The notes: generated by a model from the letters alone, not told the origin. Counted from the first letter of the stretch, positions 41,674 to 53,606 are shown. The stretch is DNA of 64,000 nt from an uncultured Chloroflexia bacterium (GCA_963700285.1 CAVOXA010000010.1:1600001-1664000), one strand, 5' to 3'. Numbers and translations are program-made.

Positions 41674-42351
41674 TCAGGTTAGGCCGTTCTCTGTGTCTCC
41701 GCTGCGCAGATTCAGGACCAGGATGTAGACGCTGATGATCAGCACCCAACCAGGAAAGACCAACGTCACCCATAGGCTGAAGCCGATGCTCACCAATAGA
41801 ACCAGTGCCAGCCCATAGGTCAGCAAAGCCAGCCAGCGCGGCATGGCATGGGTGCGGACCCAGATGGTGCCCAGCGAGATCATGAACACGCCCGCCATGC
41901 GGATGGCATAGACATTGCTAATCCGCCACATCAACGCCCGGCCGAAGGTGTACATGCCGCTGTCGATAAGTTGATCCGGTATGATGGCATGGCTGCTTAG
42001 CAGACTGCCGGCCAGTGCCGCCGAGACAAATATCATGGCTAGATACAGCAAGCCGCTGCCAAAGAAGACACTCGAAAAGAAGCGGTCCTCATGCTCCCCG
42101 ATACGGTCGCGGACCACGCCGATGAACCACAGAAAAGCAATGCCGGCAAAGGGCGCCAGGCTCAAGGCCAGGGCAACCGTGCTGCCCCGCTCCTCCAGCC
42201 ACCTGCCGCCATCTGCCGGGTCGGCCGGGATAGAGATCCGGATGAGGATGAGGGATGTGCCCAGCAGCAAGGCGAATAGTATGCCTGCTAGGGCCGCGGC
42301 TCGGGGCGTCCTGAGCCGCCGGTCGGTCAAATGAGGCACTTCGTCACTCAT
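41674..42351 (-). CDS. Hypothetical integral membrane protein
   Basis: LRTPRAAALAGILF, PFAGIAFLWFIGVVRD; about six TM segments. Confidence 0.75.
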   Translation of the reverse strand: MSDEVPHLTDRRLRTPRAAALAGILFALLLGTSLILIRISIPADPADGGRWLEERGSTVALALSLAPFAGIAFLWFIGVVRDRIGEHEDRFFSSVFFGSGLLYLAMIFVSAALAGSLLSSHAIIPDQLIDSGMYTFGRALMWRISNVYAIRMAGVFMISLGTIWVRTHAMPRWLALLTYGLALVLLVSIGFSLWVTLVFPGWVLIISVYILVLNLRSGDTENGLT

Positions 42352-42581
42352 CGTCCATCTCCTATCTGAAAAGCTACCACAACCAGTTCGACTGGATTCT
42401 TCATAGATGCACCACTCCTCTCATATGCATGAAAACTCTTAGCGGAGATAGCCGGGAGTGCGATTCCGATTGCCATAGACACCGCCAGTGCCGGCACCAA
42501 TGTCAACCAACGGTGCAAGTCAGAGCCACGCCCGGTCAAAGCCCTGCACACCCAGCCCAGGACCCCAGACGATGAGATACA

Positions 42582-43025
42582 TCAGTTGGGCTCCAGGAAG
42601 GTCCGGCTACGCGGGCCATCCTCGATGTTGAGCGACATGGCCACATAGCCCCGCGCGGCCAGCTCACGCACCAGATGCTCAAAGCCGCGGTAATTGGGCT
42701 GTTCCACCTCAGGGTCGCATGGCCAGCGGTCCACGCCCATCTCGTCCGTAGGACAGCCTTGGTGGTTGCCGTGAAAGATCACGACAACGGGATATGGCCC
42801 GCCTTCTCCGGACGGCACGGCGATGCCGATGGAGAAGGCGAGCAAGAAGCCCAGCAGCCCCAGCAAGCCAGCCACCTCCGCGACCGGCATCGAGCCTTGC
42901 AGGAAGCGAGGATCACGGTGCTGGAGCCGAAGGCCCAGGCGGAAGCCGGTCTTGGTGACCAGTAGCACCAGACCTACTGTGAAGAGATAGATTGCCCAGA
43001 TCGGGAGTTGATCAAGGATGGACAT
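42582..43025 (-). pseudogene. Chimeric remnant: membrane-protein N-terminus fused to an alpha/beta-hydrolase fragment
   Basis: Two TM helices, then an abrupt change to GPYPVVVIFHGNH...LAARGYVAMS. Confidence 0.55.
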
Positions 43026-43117
43026 TGCTCATACTCTCCTGCGCATCCATGCGCTTCGATGTGTCAAACACGACCTGGTCGTACCACCACAGCCGCTCGA
43101 AAAAGCCCCTGGCATGC

Positions 43118-44674
43118 TCACGTTGCTGAGGCGAAGATGGCATTCCAGTCCTGCTTCATATCCACAACGAGCCAGCCGCGTTTGGGGGCCTCCTTGAGGG
43201 CTTTGACAAGCTTGCCGGTGCTCTTGGTCTTGGCGTCATAGGCATATTCGCGTTCACTATCGGTATGGTGGACGATGAGACCGAAATTGGGGCGCGGGTT
43301 GTCGATCGTGGTGTACTGCAACATCGCGTGGTCGCCGTCGCTGTTTCCACAACATATTACAGGTCGCCGGCCGATAAACTGATGAATGCCGACTGGCTTG
43401 CCCTCCTTGTCGTTGACGAATAAATAGTCGAGTGTCTTTGTCAGCACCGGTCCGCTGTCGCATAGCTCGAATGTCGTCCGCGCTGTTGAGCCGACAACCT
43501 GCTCCGGTGGTATGCCGTAAACGCGCTCAACCCAGACGCGCATAAAGTCGGCGCCGCCACCGGAAACGATAAAGTTCTTGAAGCCATTTGCCCGCAGAAG
43601 GCGCAGGAGTTCCTGCATCGGTTGGTAGGTGAGTTCATCATAGGGCCTGCCAAAGCGCGGATGTTTGGCCGATGTGAGCCATGACTCCACGGCATTACGA
43701 AACTCGTCGGTCGTCATCCCTGCATGAGTGAGTGCCAGGACCTGCATCAGGCCATCGAAGTGTTTGCCTTCCAGGAGTTTTGCAAAATCGCCGGCCAGGG
43801 CGGCTTGAACCATTGGATCCGATGCGAGCTTGGGCTCAGTGAGGATGCGTCGGTTCAGTTCGTCGATGGCAAAGGCTGCCTGAAACGGCATCGGATTCTC
43901 CGGCCAGAGCGTGCCGTCGTTATCGTGCACGGCAATGCGTTCTGCCAGCGGCAAGAAGTCGGGCGATCCTTCCTTTGTCACCCTGGCGATGAACGCGAGA
44001 ATCGCCTGTTTGGCGGGGCCATCGTTCCAGGAGGGCAGCGGATCAATACGGTGGAGGTCATAGAGCTTTTTCTGAGCGACACCGTAATCCCCCACCTGGT
44101 AGAGGCTCACGGATACTGCCCGGAAGGTAAAGGCCTCGAATGGCTCCGCTTTCAGAGCGTCCACAAAGTCACGGGTCCCTATCCCGACGGTCAGATGAGG
44201 GTTGTAGTTCATGCCGGTGCGGGGTCCGACAAAGTTGTTCACATAGTCCACGGTCGGCTGGCTGATCGCCCCGCCGTCGGGGCGGGCCGCAAAGGCTTCG
44301 CCCGTCCCCTGCTCCACAGCGAACGGGGCGACGGCGTCGATGATCCTTTGCTGAAGTCGACGCAGATCCTGGGTCGGTTCGATGACGATTCCCACCAACC
44401 CGAGATTCTGGTAGGCCAGATCATAATAGCCAGTCGCATTGCTTTCCCATTTCATCGACTGCTCTGTACGCAGCACGTCGGCCACAACCTTGGCGACCTC
44501 GTCGAGGTCCGCTGTCCGCACAAACCGCTGGAGAATGGTGATGTGCGGCGCGTGGTTCGCATCCAGGGCGAAACCGTCCGGATAGCTCTCTCGCAGTCGA
44601 GCATTTGTTGCCCGGGCCTTCTCAACCGTGGCAGCATCTGGATCCAGCAGTATGTTGATCGCGATCAAGGTCAT
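43118..44674 (-). CDS. 2H-phosphoesterase domain fused to a HAD-family hydrolase
   Basis: PHITI and PHLTV HxT motifs; then DNDGTLW, IVSGGG, K, GNSDGD. Confidence 0.82.
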   Translation of the reverse strand: MTLIAINILLDPDAATVEKARATNARLRESYPDGFALDANHAPHITILQRFVRTADLDEVAKVVADVLRTEQSMKWESNATGYYDLAYQNLGLVGIVIEPTQDLRRLQQRIIDAVAPFAVEQGTGEAFAARPDGGAISQPTVDYVNNFVGPRTGMNYNPHLTVGIGTRDFVDALKAEPFEAFTFRAVSVSLYQVGDYGVAQKKLYDLHRIDPLPSWNDGPAKQAILAFIARVTKEGSPDFLPLAERIAVHDNDGTLWPENPMPFQAAFAIDELNRRILTEPKLASDPMVQAALAGDFAKLLEGKHFDGLMQVLALTHAGMTTDEFRNAVESWLTSAKHPRFGRPYDELTYQPMQELLRLLRANGFKNFIVSGGGADFMRVWVERVYGIPPEQVVGSTARTTFELCDSGPVLTKTLDYLFVNDKEGKPVGIHQFIGRRPVICCGNSDGDHAMLQYTTIDNPRPNFGLIVHHTDSEREYAYDAKTKSTGKLVKALKEAPKRGWLVVDMKQDWNAIFASAT

Positions 44675-44819
44675 GGCTCTACTCCTTTCCAGGCCGCTTA
44701 TAATGGGTCATCATTTTGTCTCCTTATCAGCACTTGGCAGAGGGTAGAGACCTATACTCTTGGACATAACAGAGTACGCGCGCCGCAGGCGCAACCAGCC
44801 GTGGCCGGCTGCGCCTGGC

Positions 44820-44915
44820 CCTCGTCCTGCCAGCGCTGGCGATACCCCTCGAGGTCATCGACCGGCGGCGGAAAAGGGTGCAGGTCGTAAAAGTCCTGCA
44901 CGGCATCCCGAGCGT
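44820..44915 (-). pseudogene. Short remnant resembling a SAM-methyltransferase N-terminus
   Basis: DAVQDFYDLHPFPPPVDDLEGYRQRWQD (recalled similarity only). Confidence 0.35.
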
Positions 44916-45026
44916 GTGGCTTCTCATGCGATGGTTTTCCCAATCGTCTATCGTCTATTGCACGAGTTATGGAAACTGCAGGTACAACGCACCACAGTGC
45001 GTTGCACCTGACAGTCGCCCCGTCTG

Positions 45027-46578
45027 CTAGTCGATGTTCAAAGCCTGTTCCATCTTGGCCAGGATCTGGTCGATGCCAAAGCTGGCCGGCTTCATGCGCG
45101 GCGGGAATTCCTGGAATGTCTCCAGAAACTGGCGAACCAGAAACTGGGCAGCGTAGGTGATGTAGGCGCGGTCGATCAACCAATCGAAGTAGGTGTTGGA
45201 GGTCACGTCCGCCCGCTCAAAGGGATCGGTGCGCAGGTTAAAGATCTTGGGGACACGCAGGAAGACGAAAGGCTCCATCCATATGGCGGCGGTCCCTTGA
45301 ACGCGCTGCTCGGCAAAGACGATCTTCCAGTTGTCGTAGCGCAAGCGCAACCAGGTCGCCATCATCGGAAAAGTAGACAAAGCCAGGCCGCGGTCCTTTC
45401 TCCTCCTCCCCGGTAAAGTAGGGCAGGAAGTTGTAGCCGTCGACGTGCACTTTGAACTCTTTATCGCCGGCCTGGTGCCCCGTTTTCAGCTTCTCGACAA
45501 TCTCCGGCTCGCCGGCGGCGGCCAGCAGGGTGGGCAGCCAGTCCTGGTGGGCGATGATCTCGTTGGACACGGTGCCGGTCTCGATCTTGCCCGGCCAGCG
45601 AACCATCGCTGGCACGCGGAAGGCGCCTTCCCAGTTGGAGTTCTTTTCGTTGCGAAAGGGAGTCATGGCCGCGTCGGGCCAGGAGTTCATGTGCGGGCCG
45701 TTGTCGGTCGAGTACATGACGATGGTGTCCTCGGCGATGCCCAGCTCATCCAACAGGTCCAGCATCTGGCCGACCTGCTTGTCGTGCTCGACCATGGCGT
45801 CGTGGTAGTAGGACTGCCAGCGCCCTGCCTGGCCGAGGATCTCCTCGGGCGGGTGGACGCGGAAGTGCATCCAGGTGGTGTTGAGCCAGACAAAGAAGGG
45901 CTGGTCATCCTCGTGAGCCCGGGTGATAAAGTCCTTGGCGGCGGCGACAAATTCGGTGTCGCAGGTCTCCATGCGCTTTTTGGTCAGTGGCCCGGTGTCC
46001 TCGATCCTCTGTTTGCCAACGCGGCCCCAGCGTGGATGCTCAGTTGGATCGTCCTCTTCGGTTGCCCAGGAGTGGATAACGCCCCGCGGGCCAAACATCT
46101 TTTTGAAGTTGGGAAAGTCCTCCTCCGGCGGATAGTCGACGTTCTCCGGCTCTTCTTCGGCGTTCAGGTGATAGAGGTTGCCAAAGAACTCGTCAAAGCC
46201 GTGGGCGGTGGGCAGGTACTTGTTCTTGTCGCCAAAGTGGTTCTTGCCAAACTGGCCGGTGGCGTAGCCCAGCGGCTTGAGCAGCTCGGCGATGGTGGCG
46301 TCCTCCGCCTGGAGGCCAATGTCGGCGCCGGGCATGCCCACCTTGGTCAGGCCGGTGCGATAGGGGCTCTGCCCGGTGATGAATGCCGCACGCCCGGCCG
46401 TACAACTCTGCTGGCCGTACGAGTCGGTGAAGCGCATGCCTTCGTCGGCGATGCGGTCGATGTTGGGGGTGCGGTAGCCCATCAACCCGTCGCTGTAGCA
46501 GCTCAGGTTGGTGATGCCGATGTCATCCCCCCAGATGATCAGAATGTTCGGTTTCTTCTCAGCCATTGTCCTTTTCAC
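45027..46578 (-). CDS. Arylsulfatase (Cys-type); one frameshift near 45350
   Basis: PNILIIWGDDIG, SCTAGR, GKNH, STDNG, WEGAFRVP; C-terminus continues in ORF 45027-45380 (NLRTDPFE). Confidence 0.88.
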
Positions 46579-46649
46579 TCCTTTGCTTGGTCTGTTGGGA
46601 CCGCATTTTTCGATCTGTCCCGAGATCCACGGAATCGCCTGCTCAGGGA

Positions 46650-47420
46650 TTATTGCCGGGCCAGGATGCGCCGCATCTCAGCTTCGCTATCTTCGATCAC
46701 ATCGCCACTGACATCAAACGTCACGCTGTGGATCGTACCGGTGAATTCGAAAGGTGTCTGGTAGAAAGGAGCTACCGGCGCACCAGGATCCGCGCCGACG
46801 GTGATCCCTCCCGTCAGCCCCAGGCTGAAGGGCGTCGTGTGGGGGAAATCAGCCTGACCGGCGAGCTTGCCGTCGATGTAGAGCTGCGCGCGGCCGGGAG
46901 TGCCCTTCCCGTTGGCAAAGTCTGGCTGGCCGGTCACTTCGAATTCGAAGCGCAGTTCGTGCTGCCCGGCCGGGACCGGGACGGTGCTCTCCACGTGCAG
47001 GTAGTCGCGGGCGGCGTAATTCTGAACATACTACAGCTTGTTGTCTTTCACATAGAAGGAATACCCGCCATCGACGCCTTCAAAAGAAACCAGCGCGCCT
47101 TGCACACCGCCGGAGGGGATCTCCACATCGGCGGTAATGCTGTGCGTGCGGTTGAGCAAGCGCGGGCCCGCGTTAAAAGGTACAGCCTGCATGTGGGGGT
47201 AGAAGGTATAGCGCGTGCGGTCCTTGGTCGAGTCGAGGCTGGGCCCCACGCCGCGAGCGGCCACCGTCTGCCGGTAGGCGCGGTTGCGGGCACAATGTCG
47301 GGCGTGCGCTTCGGCGATGGCCTCGAGAAGAACGGTCTCCCGTTGAGGCGGCGTCATGGTCCAAAAATCGGTCAGAGCATAGTCGTGCACTGGATTCTCC
47401 TCGGTCACAGAGTATATCAC
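46650..47420 (-). pseudogene. C-terminal remnant of a large arylsulfatase fused to an unrelated N-terminal fragment
   Basis: LNRTHSITA...GGYSFYVKD, in-frame TAG at 47031-47033, ...PFEFTGTI; upstream EAHARHCARNRAY segment is of different origin. Confidence 0.6.
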
Positions 47421-47486
47421 CTTCTTGCGCGCAAGGCAAGCGGCAAATGTGGGGTTGGGGACAGGGCTTTGTTCTCTGCGTGGGGA

Positions 47487-49294
47487 ACATCAGTCGTAGC
47501 CCACAGCTCAGTTTCTTCGACGCACAGAGCCTGCCGCATTGCGTCCCTGCCGACTCGTTTTACGGCCGCATGGCCGCCGTCAGCGACGTGCTCTTTCCTG
47601 ACGAAGACCTGGCCATGATGTACTGCCCGGACAATGGCCGCCCGAGTCTACCCCCTTCCTTGATGAACGGCGTGTCGCTCCTGCAGTTCTACGACAACGT
47701 TTCCGATGACGAGGCTGTGGAGCGAACCAAGTTCGACCTGCGCTGGAAAGTGGCTCTGAAGCTGCCCCTTGATTTCCCCGGGTTTCATCCCACCAGCCTG
47801 ACCAAGTATCGCAACCGTCTCATCGAGAATGAGCAAGAGCGCTATGCCTTCGATCGATTCATCGCCGTGGGGCGAGAAGCCGGCTTCATTCCCGACCGGG
47901 TCACCTTGCTCACCGATACGACCAACGTCAAGGGAGCAGGTGCCGTGCAGGATACCTACACCTTGCTGCGCAAAGGGATGCGCAAGCTGCTCAAGGCCGC
48001 GGGTTTCCACCTGCCGAACAAGCGTCAGGGCCTCTCTCCCCAGACACGAACCCTGCTGGAACGCTACGTCGACCAGGACCGCAAGGCTGACATTGACTGG
48101 GCAGACCCCCAACAGCGAGCCGCCGAGCTTCAGGTTCTCTTTGAGGATGCAGAGGCGGTCCTTGACGCTGGCCGCCGAGCAGATCGACGACGACGAGGTT
48201 CGCTATCTGGGCTGGCTCTTGACCAAGATCCTGGGCGACGACCTGGTCGTCGATGATCAAGGCCAGGCCCAGATTGGGCAAGGGACGGCGACGGACCGGA
48301 TCATCAGCATCACCGACCCAGAGATGCGTCACGGACGCAAGAGCAGTGCGCACCTGTTCAACGGCTTCAAGGTCAGCGTGTCCACCGACCAGCACAGCGA
48401 GATGATCTTGGACATCGCCGATGTGACCGCCTCCGGCAGCGATGGTGCTCATCTCCTGCCCATCATCAAGCGCGTGGAAGCCCAGACCGATGTGACGGTG
48501 GAGCGGGCCATCGGCGATGGGGCCTACGGTTCAGGGAAGAACCGAGCGGCCTGTGACAACTATCCCGGCCATGCCGTGGATCTGGTCTCGCCGTTGGCCC
48601 AACCCTCCGACCCTGAGGTGGACAAGTCGGCTTTCGAGATCGACCTGGACGCCCAGACAGCGACCTGTCCCCAAGGTCACACCGTCACGGGCCAACCGGG
48701 CTGGAAAGCAGGATGGGCAACAGACTGTGGCTGTTCACCTTTCCGCGTGCGACGTGTGAAGCCTGTCCGCTGTTCGAGCGCTGTGTGCGCAGCAAGAAGA
48801 CGGGACGCACCGTTCGCACCAGAGCCTACGAAGCCTACCTGCAAGCGGCGCGGCTTCGTCAGCAAACGGAAGAGTTCGACCTGCTCTACCGACTCCGCGC
48901 TGCCGTGGAGCGCAAGATCGCCGAACTGGCCCAGCGTGGTCTCCGTGAGACCCGCTACGTGGGCGAGCCCAAACGGCAGTTACAGCGGCTATGGACAGGA
49001 GCGGCTGTGAACCTGAGGCGCCTGTTCTACCTGGCGGAGGCGCAAAAGGTTGACCTCGGCATGCTTCTGAGCCGTCTCCAGCCACAAAAGACGAGATGGG
49101 CGGCCGTGTAAGACAGAAAGAGAGGCAAGAAACGGCAGAGCACAGGCCGGGAAAGGCCAGCTTCCAGGACCAAAACGACCTCGGAACAGGGCTGGATGAC
49201 CGGCAAGCGGCTCATTACCCGTCGGATTGGTCTCGTGATTCACTTGTCAAGGTACCGATTCCCCCAAAATGGGGGTTATTCAGGAGTCTCCTAG
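47487..49294 (+). mobile_element. IS1182-family element, frameshifted, left end missing
   Basis: NGRPSLPP, DLRWKVAL, TDPEMRHGRKS, GDGAYG, TCPQG, YRLRAAVERKIAE across three frames; ttattcaggagtctcctag probable right end. Confidence 0.85.
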
Positions 49295-49346
49295 GACCTG
49301 GGAAAGCGCCACAGCCCGTAGCCATGGGGGGAAATACCGCCGCAAT

Positions 49347-49414
49347 ATGGGGTGTTTTTTTGCCAAAAGGTAGGGTTTCTCCCCATTGACAGGGAGCATT
49401 TCTTGGGGTATACT
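49347..49414 (+). promoter_or_regulatory. Promoter with conserved upstream operator block, copy 1
   Basis: atggggtgtttt...ccaaaaggtagggttt..cccca then TTGACA-17 bp-TATACT. Confidence 0.7.
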
Positions 49415-49658
49415 GGATATGCTACGATGGCTGGCTCAGAGCCAGCCCGTGATCAGCGTTCTGGGTTCGAACACCGCCCAAGATTTGGTTTGAACCCCTA
49501 GAAGCTTGCTTGCGGCCTGCAGATATCAGTTGCATGCTCCCCAATTGCGACCGAGTGCCTTGGTGATCGGTAGAAAAGAGGAGGTGAAAGATCGCCTACA
49601 AGACCGACCGTTCTAATGGCTCAATATCTCAAATACCATGTAATGACGGAGGCGAACA

Positions 49659-51490
49659 ATGAATCGGACGTTGAACCTATTTGGGCGGCGTGGCCCACGT
49701 CTGCCTGCCACGGTGATCTTGGTATCCGTTCTGCTGGTAGCCCTTGTACCAGTAGCCACCTTTGCACAATCTAGCATGTACCAGATCTACGTCACCGATG
49801 TAGGGGCTGCCCAGTTTACGGTGACATGGGTCACCGACACAGCCACGGATGGCCACGTGGATTGGGGCACGACCACAGCCCTGGGCAATACCGCGTCGGA
49901 TCCGGACACCAGTACCACCATGCACCGGGTGGTGGTCAGCGGATTGTCGGCCACTACCAATTACTACTTCCAGGTGCGTTCCGGGGCGACGACGGACAAC
50001 AATGGCGGCGACTATTACCAGATCACCACGGGTGCCAGTTTGAGTCCACCCTTGCCGGGCAAGATCGTGTGGGGCTATGTGAAGCAGTCGGACGGAACCA
50101 CGCCGGTGGCTGGTGCCCTGGTCTACCTGCAATTGCAGGACAACGATGCCAGCGGTGACGCTGGCACCTCGCAGTGGGTGACAACCGAGACCGATGGGAG
50201 TGGGGTGTGGGCCTACGACCTGAACAACGTGCGCCGGGCTGACGGCAGCGCCTACTTTGGCTTCTCCGACGGAGGCGACAATCTGCGTCTCGTGAGCCAG
50301 GGAGCCATCCAGGGCGTCGAGGGGGAGGATGGCGCGGAACGGATTGAGACCGTACCCATAACATACGATGCCCAGTTTGTGGATGCAACGTTGAGCGGTA
50401 CGCTGAACGGCTCGCCCATCGTCGGCCACGACCACTGGGGCGAGACCTGGACCGGGTCGGGGACAGGCTTGACTCGCCATGTCCTCTGATGGCACAGCCC
50501 TCCGGGGAGAGACGAGCGACACCAGTGGCATTGGCATCGTCGGCGTCGCCGACACTGCCACCGGCCCGAGTATCGGCGTTTGGGGCGTCACCAAGCTCCG
50601 TCGTGGGTCAAGGTGTCTTTGGCTGGGCCAGCAACACTGGCGGCACTGCTGGTGGTCCAGTCCCCAGAGGCGTCTATGGCCAGACAGACTCCAACGTTGG
50701 CATCGGCATCTATGGTTATGCCGGGAACCCAAGCGGCTTCACGACCGGCCTCTTTGGCCACGCCGCGTCGGAAGACGGCCGGGGCCTCATCGGCCTGGCG
50801 GACAACAGCCATCCCACCAAGACGACCATCGGCGTTTGGGGCGTCAGCGGCTCGGGAACGGGCCGGGGCCTGTTCGGCTATGCCAATCACCCCACCGGCG
50901 ACAACGCCGGCGTCTATGGCCAGACCGATTCCACGGGCGGTTGGGCGGGCAAGTTTGTCACCAGTACTGGCAACGGCGTCTACATCTCGGTCCCTGCTGG
51001 CAAAGCGGGTCTCACGATTGTGGGAGCTCCCAAGCCGGCTGTCGTGCGCACCGATGACGGCAGCCGGGAACTGTATGCCGAGGAGTCAGCCGAGGTCTGG
51101 TTCGCCGACTATGGTTTCGGCCAGCTGCAGGATGGCGCCGCAGTGATCACCATCGAACCTATCTTTGCCCAGACGGTGAACCTGGAGCAACCGTACCACG
51201 TCTTTGTCCAGGTCTATGGCGATGCAGAGGTCTATGTCAGCGGGCGGACGCCGGAACAGTTCGAGGTACGGTTGCGAGATGGCGACGCCAATGTCGAGTT
51301 CTCCTACCGGCTGGTGGCCAAGCGGTCAGGCTTTGAGGACCTGCGCCTGGATCGCGCCCCGTGGGCCGACAACGACCCGAACCTGTATCCGGAGCAGGGG
51401 ATGAACTGGACGGATAGGCTCGGTACCGAACTGGCTGTGCCGACAGTCACCGTACCGCAGCAGCTAGAGGCAGCGCCAGAGTCACCCTAG
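49659..51490 (+). CDS. Secreted Fn3-like domain protein with Gly-rich GVYG repeat fibre-like C-terminus (two frameshifts near 50480 and 50595)
   Basis: Signal peptide; FTVTWVTD...YYFQVRSG; GVWG/GVYG/GLFG repeats; ESAEVWFADYG...FSYRLVAKR terminal domain. Confidence 0.65.
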
Positions 51491-51939
51491 CCCCGGTATC
51501 TCCTATCCGATACTGTATCAATCCGTGGTGCAGATTGCGGCCTTTTGCGGCAGTCTGTACCACGCTGCAGATTGGTCCGACTGTGGCCTGCCCGCGGAGC
51601 ATAGGACTGGGATGCAGGCTGACGAAGGCTGCCTAAACAGGTACTCCCTTCCAAGTGACCAGAAGATGCCCTCTTCTGGTGTGGTAAAGAAGACAGGGTT
51701 TCACCCATCTTCTTCACCACACCGAGGTACGTGACCGGCCAGGACTCGGCACAGCTACCCAGTTTGATGGCCGAAAAAGTACCGGAACATGCTGGGCCGA
51801 CTGGAAATTCCCCAGCGGTTCCTTGCTTCCTGCCTGATTTCGTACGGCGGCTTTGGTGATCTCCAGACAGGCCCTGGGGCTGGCTGTGGAAGACCTCTGC
51901 GCTGGGTTTGGTACCAGCGGTGTCCTGGAGCAACCAACA

Positions 51940-53178
51940 ATGGCGTGGTTTCGCTTGATCGCTGGACTGTTTATCCTAGGCTGGGCCCTCCTCCCCCTAC
52001 CGGGCTCGGTCCCGAAAGCACGCCTGGGCCGTGCAGCCACGCCCCCAAAACTTGAGCAGTACTGCTCCGACGGTAGCGCGCGGCCTATCTCGACAGCCGA
52101 TCCCCTCATCTCTGACGTCCTGGTGACCAACCGTCGGGATGTTGCTTTCACCGTTACCTGGCGCACCGACGCGGCCAGCACAGGCCGGATCGAGTTTGGG
52201 GAAACCCCGAGCCTGGGTCAGGTGGCCTACGACGACCGGGGCGAGGACGTTGCCTCCAGGGTGCATCATGTGACCCTCACCCGGCTGACACCGGATACGA
52301 CTTACTACTACCGCGTGCATGCTGGCGGTGCGATCTCCCCTGCCGAGGGAGAGCCATACCAAGCCACGACGCTGCCGACGGGCGTACCACCTGTACCCTT
52401 TTTGGCCTATGGTCAGGTGAAAACGTCAGGCGGAGATCCAGCCGAGGGTGCGCTGGTACGAGTCCGGCTGTTGGACGCGGGTGGGGGACAATCAGAGCCG
52501 TTGTCCAAGTTGGTGGATAGTTATGGTTATTGGTCGCTGAACCTCCCCTTGGCAAGCTGCAGCGGCGTGCAACTGCAGCTTGCAGCCTTCGGCGCCGAAG
52601 GGGGTGTTGCCGAGCTGACCCACGCAGCTTGTGACCTCCGGCCGGCGCCGGCCATGGTGCTGGTGGATGGGTACGAGGTCGCGGTGACGGTAGTAGGCCA
52701 AGGCCGGGTGGAGCACAGGCCAGGCAATCCTTACCAAGCTGGCCAGAAGGCGAGGCTGGAGCCGATCGCTGACCCTGGATGGGCCTTTGCCGGGTGGAGC
52801 GGCCCGGATGCCGGAGACCTGGAGGATCAGGGCGATGGCACCTGGTCGCTGACAGTGGATGACGACAAGGCAGTCACGGCCACCTTTGCCGAAGGACTAT
52901 ACGAGGTGACGGTGACGGTAGTGGGCCAAGGCCGGGTGGAGCATCGGCCAGGCAATCCCTACCGAGCCGGCCAGGAAGCAACGTTGGAGCCTATCCCTGA
53001 CCCAGGGTGGGCCTTTGCCGAGTGGAGTGGTCCGGATGCCGGGGAGCTGGAGGACAATGGCGATGGCACCTGGTCCCTGCCAGTGGATGGAGACAAGGCA
53101 GTCACGGCAATTTTTGGGCGGGATGAGTACTCCTTTGACATCTATTTGCCATTGATCGGGCGAGAGGATCAGCGATGA
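51940..53178 (+). CDS. Secreted protein: Fn3-like module, two InlB B-repeat-like units, IYLPL tail
   Basis: Signal-like MAWFRLIAGLFILGW; ISDVLVTNRRD module; PGWAFAGWSG repeats. Confidence 0.72.
   Translation: MAWFRLIAGLFILGWALLPLPGSVPKARLGRAATPPKLEQYCSDGSARPISTADPLISDVLVTNRRDVAFTVTWRTDAASTGRIEFGETPSLGQVAYDDRGEDVASRVHHVTLTRLTPDTTYYYRVHAGGAISPAEGEPYQATTLPTGVPPVPFLAYGQVKTSGGDPAEGALVRVRLLDAGGGQSEPLSKLVDSYGYWSLNLPLASCSGVQLQLAAFGAEGGVAELTHAACDLRPAPAMVLVDGYEVAVTVVGQGRVEHRPGNPYQAGQKARLEPIADPGWAFAGWSGPDAGDLEDQGDGTWSLTVDDDKAVTATFAEGLYEVTVTVVGQGRVEHRPGNPYRAGQEATLEPIPDPGWAFAEWSGPDAGELEDNGDGTWSLPVDGDKAVTAIFGRDEYSFDIYLPLIGREDQR
52672..53120 (+). repeat. Tandem 228-bp coding repeat (2 copies)
   Basis: tacgaggt...caaggccgggtggagca starts at 52672 and 52900. 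Confidence 0.85.
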
Positions 53179-53606
53179 GGTGCAGCAATCCCGAGGTGCA
53201 AGGGGTAGAAGATCTGGTCGGTCCACGCGGACGGACCGCACTGGTGTACCCATCCCGGTCAGCCGTCTACCTGGCCGTCTTGGTACCTTCCAAGACGGCC
53301 GATGACCAGCCAGTTGTGGATGCGCTGGGCCGGGTGTGGCTGGCGAATGAGGGGCATGTACTGAGCGGGGCCAAAGCGGGCAAGGCCTCAGAGCCACTGT
53401 CGACGTTGGTCGACGGCTATGGCTACTGGTCCATGAACCTGCCGGTGGCGGCTTGTGACGACCTAACCCTCAAGCTGCAGGCCATCGGCCGCAGGGGCAG
53501 CGAGGCGGAGCTGATCCAGTCGGCGTGCGAAATTAGGCCGGCGCCGACGGTGATGCTGTCGGAGGAGGGGCCTATCAGCATCTATCTGCCGTTGATCACC
53601 CGTTGA
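53175..53606 (+). pseudogene. Orphan C-terminal piece of the shared module
   Basis: SEPLSTLVDGYGYWSMNLP...EEGPISIYLPLITR with no signal peptide or Fn3 part. Confidence 0.6.

Noticed and set aside
47031-47033. In-frame TAG as pyrrolysine or readthrough
   Set aside because: It lies in a truncated chimeric remnant lacking the catalytic domain; a nonsense mutation is simpler.
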